From Azolla caroliniana (taxonomy: Eukaryota > Plantae > Polypodiophyta): a stretch of 64,000 nucleotides of DNA. Both the position numbers and the translations under genes were made by a program. The stretch is taken from positions 15,438,001 through 15,502,000 of the forward strand of contig JBHGNT010000014.1 in NCBI GenBank assembly GCA_043228905.1. Reading direction: 5' to 3'. Of this stretch, positions 39,201-49,849 are shown piece after piece (the first letter of the stretch is position 1; every line of letters starts with the position of its first letter). The notes beneath the pieces were generated by a model. It had not been told where the DNA came from, did no database searches, and was given only the letters and a program-made list of their open reading frames with translations.

Positions 39201-42200
39201 GGAGATGCCTTTCGAGGAAATGAAATAGCCCAGAAATTCCACCTGGTTGCACCCAAAACTACATTTTTCCAGCTTTGCATAAAGACCATGTTCTCGAAGT
39301 CATTTTAGTACTAACAGTACATGAGAATCATGCTCTTCTTGGGTCTTCGAATAAACCAGTAGATCATCCAAATAGATGATCAAACAAACATCCAAGAGAT
39401 CTCGGAATATATCATTTGCCATGTGCTGGAAGACTGCTAGCGCATTAGTGAGGCCGAACGACATGACTGTATACTCGAAGTGCCCATATCTGGTGCGAAA
39501 CGCGGTCTTCCATTCATCTCCTGGTCGGATCTGTACGAGGTTATAGGCTCCCGTAAGTCGATCTTCGTGAAGAACTTGGCACCATTGATCCATTCTAAAA
39601 GACTTGAGATAAGGGGAAGTGCATACCTATTTCTGATTGTCACCTTATTCAAGCCACGGTAATCTACAACGAGACGAAGTGATCCATCCTTTTTCTTGGC
39701 GAAGAAAATGGGTGCGCCGGCTGGAGATTTCGAATGCCGAATGAAACCATTTTCCAAATTCTCCTTTATATAGGCTCGCAGGACTTCTAGCTCGGTTGGT
39801 GACAAATTGTAGATCGGTACCCATGGTGGCTCTTTCCCCGGTTGTAAATCGATGGGGCAATCATACGGTCGATGGTGAGGAAGCGTATTGGCTTGTACTT
39901 TATCGAACACATCGGCATAATGATGATACTTCTTTGGAAGTTGAACAATGAACTCCTCTTTAATAGTGTCTGAGGGCTTTACTGATATTGCGAAGATGAA
40001 ACATTTCTTCCTTGTGTCCTTCTTCCCACAACTGATGTAGCGAAATGGTTGCAATCTCATGAGTAGACCCTCGGGCTTTTCGATACCGGATTTCTCTTGT
40101 TCTCCAATCTCTGTCTGGGTTATGTAATTCGAACCATGGTAATCCTAAAACAATGGGGTATTCTGGGATGCTAATTATATTAAATGATACTACACATGCT
40201 AGATTATCTAGGACAATATTAACGGACTCTGACTCTTCTAAGATATTTCCGGAAGCAATGGGACGACCATCAATGACTACTACAGAGGCTGGACACGGGA
40301 GTTTTCTGAGTTATATTTGATGAGCTTGGGCAAAGTTCCTATCCATGAAGCAAGAATTAGCTTCGGAATCTAGAAGTGCTAAGACATGTACTGGAGGGGT
40401 ACTTTTAGTGCTAACTGTTACTTGGGCTACAAACACATTGCTAACTTGCATAGAGAGAATGGAACCACTAATGGGCTGCACAGATCTAGGGTTGGCCAAC
40501 CAAACGGCTCCTATTTTGGTTGGACTTAGTCGTTTAACTCTTCTTCTAACTGACTAAGGACATCAAATTTGTTCACTAGATTTGGGCTATTAGTACTATT
40601 AGGACTATCAGATATCCCTACTGAAATAGACTCGGGTTTAGTACAATTAGAACTAGCAACTATTTGGTTTACCTGCCTTCTCGGCCTATGGGGATAGTTT
40701 ACCATGATATGCCCTGGTCCACCACAATAAAGACATAGTCAGTTTGCTCGGCATCATTGCTTTTCTTCTTCCGATTGCGGTCCATGACGACGTGTGGTGT
40801 CAATTTCCACCACGACGGTCACCTTGGCGTAATCGCCGGATTTTGTTGATTGCAGTCCTTATGCTGTTAGTATCTCCAAAACAGGCCTTAAACTCACTTA
40901 TAAATTCTTCAAAACTGTTTAGTAATGGAGATTCCTTTTCCAACAATGGAGCAAACCATGCTAACGTTGAGCCACTAAGGAGAGTGCCTACTAGTTCCAC
41001 TCGTGATGCATCGGTGGGATATCGAGAAGGATGCATTTGTATCACTAAACGTACCTGATTCAAAAACCCTCTAAACTGTGATCAGGTCCCATCAAATTTT
41101 GCAGGAAGACCGATCTTGGGTTCTTTGTGAATCCCTTGAGTGCTTGATCCTTGTTGTTGTAATGATACGATAATCGCTTCGAGTTGTTGTACACGTAACG
41201 TCAACTCCCCATGTTGTTGTTGTTTTTCCAACGCTATTTGTTGAAGATCCCCCAACAAACGATGATTTTCTTGTTCTAGTGCTACAAATTTCTCTTTTAA
41301 GCACTGGAGCTCCGAGAAAACAGATTGGTATTCCTGAGCGCTAACAGTTTCCATTTTACTAGCGAGGATAAGAGGATTAATAAGAAGATAAAAGGAAGTG
41401 GAGGAAAGGAAGATACGGAAGGAAGAACGAGCAAAATCGGTTCAAACTGTCAGGAATAGTACTAAGACAGAGAAGGAATTAGTACTAAAAGAAGTATTAG
41501 TACTAAGAGAGGTGAAGAACTCTCGAGAGAAGGAAAGAGTGAGTGACAGGGAGGGAGGGAGAGAGAGAGTGATGATAAGAAAAGATATATATTATGTGAA
41601 GAGAATGTACAGTAGTAGCTAGGAGGCTTAAGATTGGCGTTGAACCGATTTGGTTCGAAATAATGCCTTGTGCCTCCTTTTATAGTGTTCTGAGGAATAC
41701 TCCTGAAGTTTCTAGAATGTTCCAGAGAAATCTGGAATATTCATCAATTTTCTATAATAAAACAATATTCTACATATTACAATGTATGGTCTAATGGTCA
41801 AGAGCTTGACCCATGTAGCATAAGGTCATGGGTTCGAGTCTTGCCATATCATGACAAAAATTAAAGAGAGAGAGAGATACATTAAGGAGGAGATTAAATA
41901 GTAATTAGTATTTAAAATTTAAGAGAGAGAGAGAGAGATTAAGAAGAAGATTGCATACTAATTACTAATTAAAAATAAAATAGAGAGAGATTACAAACTA
42001 ATTACTAATTAAAAATCAAAAGAGAGAGATTAAGGATGAGATTACATATTAATTACTAATTAAAAATTAAAAGAGAGAGAGAGAGAGAGAGAGAGTCATT
42101 AAGGAGGTGATTAAAACTAATTACTAATTAAAATTTAAAAGAGAGAGACATTAAGGAGGAGATTACAAACTAATTACTAATTAAAATTTAAAAGAGAGAG

Positions 42201-42440
42201 ACATTAAGGAGGAGATTACAAACTAATTACTAATTAAAAATCAAAAGAGAGAGATTAAGGATGAGATCACATATTAATTACTAATTAAAAATTAAAAAAG
42301 AGAGAGAGAGACATTAAGGAGGTGATTAAAACTAATTACTAATTAAAATTTAAAAGAGAGAGACATTAAGGAGGAGAATACATACAAATTACTAATTAAA
42401 ATTAAAAGAGTTAGAGAGAGAGAGAGAGAGAGAGAGATTA
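36300..42440. repeat. AG/AT-rich ~40-55 bp tandem repeats (36300-36522 and 41857-42440), split by element D
   Basis: Repeated ATTAAGGAGGAGATTACAAACTAATTACTAATTAAAA...(AG)n units on both sides of the AAAAT TSD. Confidence 0.85.
36523..41856 (-). mobile_element. Full-length chromodomain Ty3/gypsy element D (Tcn1/sushi-like), decayed
   Basis: LTRs 36523-36949 and 41448-41856; TSD AAAAT; PPT AAAAAGGGGATAA. Gag from 41354 (EPKIGLPAKFDG, CLYCGGPGH); PR LLDSEANSCFMD; [11 protein letters not shown]; RH ADASDFALGSIL; IN HPQTDGQVER; chromodomain KYEIAAILDSK...YLVDWLGY. Confidence 0.95.
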
Positions 42441-42644
42441 AGACGTGTAGTTATCATTAGAAATGGAAAATTACATGGGGTGGGGGATGGGGGCATGGTC
42501 AAATGCAATGGGCAAACTAGTTTCGCTCCTAAGGGCTCAATAGGTCATAACTAATATGTATGGGTTGAATGATGCTAGTGATTGTTTTGAATTGATGGCA
42601 TGATCTTTTCTTACATGTTCCATTTCTTCTTATTCAACATAATT

Positions 42645-44894
42645 ATGGCTCCCAAAAGAAAAAATCAACGAACCATTAGTGCAATGTTTGCATGGAAACC
42701 ATCGAACGATACAAATGACATAAATATAAACAATGATTTAAATGAGGATATGGACTTGTTCGGGACTGATTTAGAGAGTTTAACTCAAGAGAGTTGTTCC
42801 TCTAAAACCAAAGAAAAGCCTAAGAGAAAATTCTGTGATGCATGGAGAGATAAATTCCCATGGATACGATGCATTATGCAAGGAGAGAAAACATTAATGA
42901 AATGTACATGGTCTGAGAAATACGTTAGTCCTGGGCCTTGGGGTGTTGGTTCTGGATGCATTATTTTGCAACTTGATGCAATTTTGACCCATGTTAACTC
43001 AAGTGCTCATAAATTATGTGCATCAAAGTGGATGTGTGATGTTGAAGGGAAAGCAATGTCCATCCCAAAGCATGTATCACAATTGGATGATATTAATAAA
43101 AATAAGCATGTATCACAACAATGAAACTCGTGTACTTTATTGCAAAAAAAGATTTGTCTATCGCTACATACCAAGAATTATGTGATTTGGCTGTGCTACT
43201 AGAGGTGCCTAATATGCCTAAGCAACATGATTATATATCTTATACTAGTAGATATGAAGGATATGAATTTTTTGTTGCCTTTGGGAAATATCTTCTAGAA
43301 ATTCAAAGCTCAAACCTAATAAATTCCCCATACTACTCTTTGATGCTAGATAAAAGTACTGACAATGGATTAGAGTTGCATCTCATTGTGTGTGTTACAT
43401 ACTTGCAATGTGGTGGTTGTGGGCCTAAGCAAACTAAATATATGGGTTTGCTGAAAATTCCCAATGGTAAAGGAAGAACTATATATGAACATGTTAAGCA
43501 TCTATTAGGCGATCGATGCCTCAACATGAACAAGTTGATTGGATTAGCAACGGATGGTGCATCATCAATGATTGGTAGTGAAATTGGAACAGTAACATTA
43601 ATGAAAAATGATATCCCAAATTTGGTTGGTGTACATTGTATTGCTCATAGAGAAGCATTGGTTATTTCAGATGTATCTAAAGATATCCCTGAGCTCATTC
43701 TTGTAGAAAAAATTGCAAATAAAGTATATGCATGGGCTAATAATAGTACCAAAAGGACACATGAAATTTTAGAGCTCTTGGAACAAATGCAATTGGATGC
43801 TCATAGACCCTTACAAATTCATAATATTCGTTGGTTGTCACATGGTCAAGTCATGGAAAGACTAGTGAGTATAATGCCTGCAATACTTACTATTTGGAAG
43901 AAAGAGAACTTAAATGAGTGGTACAATAAAGCTTGTATCTATAGTGTGCAATTTTGCTTTTGTATGATGGCTGATGTGTTGCATTTGATGAATATTTTGA
44001 GCTTGAAACTTCAAAAAGAGAATTTGGATGTAACTTCAATTGTGCAGAAATTGATATTACTATTTCTAATTTGTGGAGGTCTTTCTTGAGAAATGACACA
44101 TTTGCGGATGGAACAATGTATTTATCCAAGTTTTTAAGATGTTCTAAAGTTGGGTTTTTGGAAATAGAGGATAAAGATGGCGTTACATATAGACATGAAC
44201 TATACTTCAAACAAATTCCTATGGATAAAGCAAGTCAAAATGATACGAATCCCAATATTGCAAAATCTAAGGGAATGAGGCCATTTATAGATGGATCACT
44301 TGAAAGTTGTATTAAACTATCTCAAAATTATGTGCAAAATGTTATTGATGGACTAAATGCAAGATTCCCTGACTTAAGCCTCTTCAATGCAGCAAAATTA
44401 TTCAGCCCATGCCATTATGCAGATGATGATGTGATTAGGGATAGTAAAGCAAAGACATGGTTGGGAATTTTGATTTCTCACTTACAGCCAAATGTTGATG
44501 TCAATGCATGTCTTCAAATTTTACATAATGCAAAGGCTTGTGAAATGGAACTCTATAGGTTTGTTGACACTTTACGTTTAAATTGTGAAGGCTATACTAT
44601 GCATGAAGCTTGGCGTATGTTTTGCAAAATGAAGGATTGGCAAGATAGTTTCCCTCATTTGATGAAATTATGGCAAGCTACTTTGGTTATTCCATCTGGG
44701 TTCCATCTAACACAGTTTCGTGTGAGAGAGGGTTCTCTAAGCAAAATCTCATCAAAGAGATGAAAAGAAATCGATTGAATATAGAGCATTTAGATGATTT
44801 AATGCGAGTCTCATTGACTGGGCCACACATTGAAGAAATACAATGGGATCGTGTACATGAAATTTGGAGAGATGCAAAGAATAGAAGAGTATAA
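42645..44894 (+). pseudogene. hAT transposase (ZNF862-like), frameshifted
   Basis: Fragments 42645-43124, 43121-44089, 44071-44763, 44670-44894; motifs LMLDKSTD, ATDGASSM, HCIAHR, IRWLS, SCERGFS. Confidence 0.9.
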
Positions 44895-46059
44895 TGTATT
44901 GTTTCGTACAAATATTCGATGTATTTACTTTTTGAAGGGCAATTTTTTTGACAAACCGTCATTTGGCAGGCAAAATTTTTGGAATACCGTTCTCATGACA
45001 GGCAATGTTAGCCGTCAAAAGGCAACACTGCTAGTGCTAGATAGTACTTAGCTTGAAGTCAATGGCACATACTTCAAGACTAAGTACATTGTAACTTGCC
45101 CACAAAATATTCTAGTTGACTTGATTAGCCAATCCTATTACCTATTTCGCTCTTTCCTAAATCCATTGTGTCCTACGCATCTACGGTTTCCTAGATTAAC
45201 ACCTTATCGACCCATATGGTCAAGTTGCACACTAGCCGCTCCTCATTTGGGGCGCTATCACAAAATGTGCACTCCAAGAGCACATATGGGGATAGATTTA
45301 CAACTTGGGGCTGATCATTGATTATATCTAACAAGACCATCAACTTTAGGACAACTATTGTCCGATAACGAGTGTAGCGCTTGTTCCAACTCCAACTCTG
45401 TAATAGGTGACATCAATGAATCCTGCATTGCTCGAGTAACCTTGGGCTGAATTTCCGCCCATACTGTCCTTCTATTTTGTCTGATATCCTCAAAAATAGG
45501 CTCTTCTGACAGAAGGGTAACATAAAATTTCGTGGCAATTTCCCTCACAGCATTTGGGTTCATTTCATGTTCGCCATTTTCATTTCGCATACAACAGGTT
45601 ACATTAGAGACTCTCTTGGCACCTTTAATATTAAAAAATTGGCTCATACATCTATCCCCAATTTGCGTCCATCTTGGAGCAGAGTTGTGATAACAAAACT
45701 GACTACAACATTCTTCCATATGTTGAACCTATTTTCGGGCTTCTTCAAGATGCAAAGCTACCCATGCACACTTTGGCCGACCTTGTTGCAATCTTTGCAA
45801 AGATATCAAAGTTACCCGCATCCTTCTTTCCTTCTCCTAATATTCCATATATTCAGATCTTAATTTCAATGCAAAATATTATGATAGCTTCGTCAAAGCA
45901 CAAGCCACCTTGATTGAACTGGGAACATCCATATTATCTTTCCTTTGCCAAATATCTCTCACTTGAAATACCATAGATCGTCTAACATTATTTTTTCGAG
46001 TATCCTAAATTGTATGGACGTCATTTTCGATTGACCAAAGGTTCTCAATATAACAGGAG

Positions 46060-46888
46060 CAAGGTTGTTAGGTACGTTAGGTACGATACGGATACCATAT
46101 GTATATAACGTATTAATACGCGTATAGTACCTCCTAATTTAAAAATACGTTTTCTTAATATGTTAAATACTTATAAAATACGTATTTTACATATAGTACG
46201 TTAAATACTTGTAAAATTTGAAAATTATTTACCTTTCTAAAAAATATCTATAATATTGTAAAAAACATCTATGTTTACACAATTTTGTGATGTATAGTAT
46301 AGTTATACATCCTAAAATTGATATAAGACATTTGAACATTTCACATCCTAAAATACTTGTAGTAATATAGATGTCGGCATTCCCTTATTCTATAAATCAG
46401 TGTAAGTGTATATCACAATGTTCTACTTCAAATTGCAATTATTTAAAGTTATGCCTTCATAGATGAGGAATCCTCTACGATTATCACACTAATGATAGGT
46501 TTCACTTTTCTTCGTTTTCTTCTTCTATCTTCTGCTATTATCACACTCAGAGTCAAGACAGGTTTATGTCTTCTTTTCTCTCTTCTTCTTCTTCTTCTTC
46601 TTCTTCTTCATATTCATATTCATCGTCGTTGTCTCTTCTATTCTTCTTCCTTCCTTCCTTTGGCTTCTTTTTCACTATTTTTTTTTTCTTTTGCTTTTTG
46701 TTGGGGTTTTACTTACATTTTCTTTATAAATACGTATTATACCTGTTTTTTAATAAATACGTTAAATACCCTATTGGACAAATGTATATGATATTTGACT
46801 GAACAACGTTGAGGTATAGTACATACTATACAAATGAGGAGGTACTATATGTATTTAAACGTTAAATACGGGTACATAAACAACCATG
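46060..46888. mobile_element. Non-autonomous hAT-type MITE in LINE ORF2
   Basis: 8-bp TSD AACAGGAG (46052-46059 / 46889-46896); imperfect TIRs CAAGGTTGTTA / CATGGTTGTTT; AT-rich, subterminal TACG motifs. Confidence 0.85.
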
Positions 46889-49849
46889 AACAGGAGCATG
46901 ATCAAAGAAAACTATGCATGGCATAATCTTGATATTCCCCCCATTTAACACAAAGGCCTCCCCCACATAAAATCTATCAAATCTTGAGAGATTGGTTCCA
47001 CCAATTCTCCTATCAAAACGTGAGAAACACAAGGAATCCTGAGATCTATTGGCATTAGGCATATGCCATGCATCCAAAATACTCAATCTCAAACACATCC
47101 GTTCCTAGACTGGTAGTTCCTCCCGATGAATTGTTGCCACACTCCCTCCTTTCCTATCACCCGGGTCCTCAAGCATGTTAAAATCCCTTGCAACACACCA
47201 ATGAGACACGTTCAGTAATGCATTTGTAATTTCACACCAAAAGTGTTTCCTAGCTAATGCATGATTTGGCGCCTTGTGTACCACTAGTGCCAATAACATG
47301 GGACCAAAACATCTCCCAACTACCATGCAATATAATGCCATAGTTCCTTATTCGTTGCTCATTCAAATGATGTTCTTGAAACATCATAATATCCAACGAC
47401 CCATTGTAAGACACTTTTGTAATGCTTGTCTTAACCTGCCTCTATATCTTCGGTACAAGGGGCCTCCCAAGCCCTAAACATTCCACGTGAGGAGCCGCAT
47501 TAACAACTGCTAGAGACCGAACTAGACCCAAGCCTACGAGTCTTAGAGGATGGTTCCATGGAGCTTATGCTCCCTTCCCCCCCATGTTCACCATTTGGCC
47601 TTTGAGCATGTCACAACCTTCTTTAATGAAACGTCAATGATGATGGACCTGAGCCTTGGCTTGGGTTTCCAATACCTCATCTTCATGAATATAAACGTAC
47701 CCAAAATCAAACAATACGTCTGAAGGTACACCCAATACAACATGCTTGCAGTTCATTGCATCCAAATATGAAACCACTGAACAACTTGCATTCTCTAATC
47801 CTGTCAATAGTGCTTACCCAATTGGTTTTGCACATATTTGGCAAAATGCAAAACTTGTTCTCTCATGGCCAATATAGCATCCGGGTGATTCCATACATTT
47901 TTCTCATAACCACATAATGGAAAGGAATAACCGACAAATGGGCTTCCCAATTGCTTTTGTCTAAATAGAACATCTACCCTTATTGCAATGGGCTCATGAA
48001 CAACCTTAACACCCAAATGTTTTGTAAAATCATGTCCAAAGGGGGCTGCATAATCAAGTATCGAAAAAACACCACTTCTAGTATCCTCTTTCAACATCCC
48101 ACATGTTCTTATCATGACCGCATTATCCAATTTTCGTGAACGTAATGTTCTTTTCGAAGCAAATGTTCTAGTTACAGACCCATCATTTGGTTGGATGGTA
48201 CCAACATTTTTCTCCCTTATCTCAATAGTGGGTGTTGGTTGTTCTTGCACATCAACTTCTATGTTCAACACATTGTACACATTAGGGGTGAGACATTGTA
48301 CGTGTCTTGCACCCATGCTTAGCCTTTATAGTCGTCCATTGATTGTCTCTTGTTTCCCCTTGAGCCCTTACACCCATACAATCTGAGGCTAATTTCTCTT
48401 GGCAATTATCTACCTCATGCCCCTCTTGTTTACAATACTCGCAACAACGTTTTTTCCCCCCAATTTAGCATCTTGGCTAAGTGTCCTATTTGTCGACAAT
48501 AGAAACATTGTCCAAGGAGTCCGGTAAACCCCACCTTCTGTTTGATAAAATCTACTTCTTCATTTGGTAGCATTATCTTTACAAGTAAGTTTTCGAGTGA
48601 TCCTACCAAGATTCGTGCCGACGGAAAACTTGACATTTTAGTTATTCACGTAGCCATACTTTCTCGAACCTTCGCGTAGCCATACTTTATTAGCTATCGC
48701 ACCAAGCATCGGTAAATACTCCCAGGAAGACAATCGTTAACGGAAATATCCGATCTCCTTTCCATATTGCCTCCACAAGATTAAAACATTGTTTCCAAGG
48801 CATCACAAATGCACGGGAACCTCTTACATCCAAAGGACTATGCTCCAACATCATGCCCATCGACTCGATTGTATCCAATTCCACACGATAAAATCCTCTC
48901 CCCATAAAATGGACATCCGTTATCCTACCAATTAATCCATGCATAGAGGCTTGTAAGAGATCTTTGCACTCACCTTTATTCAGCCGAGATCCCACACTTT
49001 GCAGATCACAAAGAGTTGGGTTAGACGATGAACCTCTGACCTGAATTCAGCCTCCTCTTCGGGCGAGAATACGATCGACAGAGGCCGCTCCTCAAAATCT
49101 GTTAGCATGGATGCTTCTTTAGAGTTCCCCTGTTGTGTCATTGAGGTGGTTCTCTGCTGCGCTCTCTCTCTTCCCTGTTCCTCCATCTCGTGACATATAT
49201 CTTCAATTGTAAAGAAGGGAGACATATGTGAAAGGGAAGTGTAACACATCAACTTTCTGGCAAGAGATAGTTTATGTAAATTCTTACAATGCATAGCCAA
49301 GTAGAGAAGAGTTAAGTCACCATAACTCTCAACACATTTCCAATTTAGATTTCCCCAAAATTTAGCACATGCATGCGCTTTCTCTTGGGTTTGGAGAAAT
49401 TGTTGATTAACTTCCCATATTCTTCTATTTCTTTGAATAAGACTTCTGTAGTCATACAAATGCTTTTGGTAATTTTCTTTATCCTTAACTACATTCAAAA
49501 TCATAAGGCGCTTTCGAGCTTCATGACATTCTTTATCAAACCATTTTTTCTTTGGACTACATTTCTTAGTGCATTTCCAAGATGTTTGCTTGGTTGAAAA
49601 ACATTTGTTTGTGCATGAGAGAATGACTTTCTTAAAAGCTTCCCATATGCATTCTAGTGTGGCACCATGTTGTATCTTTGTCATTTGTAACATATCCTCA
49701 ACCATCTTGGAATACATGGGCGTTCACTTAAGGTTCATGCTCAACTACGGTTGTTTATTATCGTCAATGGCCTTGTCACAATCAAACCTATACATACATT
49801 TGAGGTCAATAGATAAAGCTCTATGATCGGATTCTGGTGTCCATACACC

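Larger units (their letters stand above)
34543..45030 (+). mobile_element. hAT DNA transposon with captured gene fragment and nested chromovirus
   Basis: Perfect 21-bp TIRs CAGTGTTGCCTTTTGACGGCT (34543-34563 / 45010-45030); perfect 8-bp TSD CTAGTGCT; transposase remnant. Confidence 0.96.
31329..45333 (-). mobile_element. Internally deleted Ty1/copia element C; 5' LTR split by a hAT
   Basis: LTRs 31329-31965 and 34201-34542 + 45031-45333; perfect TSD AGACC; PBS TGGTATCAGAGC 34200-34189; PPT TGAGGGGGCG. Gag (LDGTNYTLWKFKM, CFYCDKKGQTIKDC) is joined directly to RT/RH at ~33150, so PR and IN are deleted. Confidence 0.93.
31293..49185 (-). mobile_element. Decayed L1-clade LINE, split by nested insertions
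   Basis: ORF1 ~48430-49185 (GRGFYRVEL, zinc knuckle CFYCRQIGHLAK); APE endonuclease ~46890-47500 (LLTWNV, WCVARDFN, SRFDRFYV, DHAPV); ORF2 linker 45334-46050 ending CPKVDG and resuming GLTPKFY at 31328-31293 across the AGACC TSD. Confidence 0.78.

Noticed and set aside
48980-49717. 245-aa ORF as a gene
   Set aside because: Chance in-frame fusion of an RTE-like linker with the L1 ORF1 start at ~49185.
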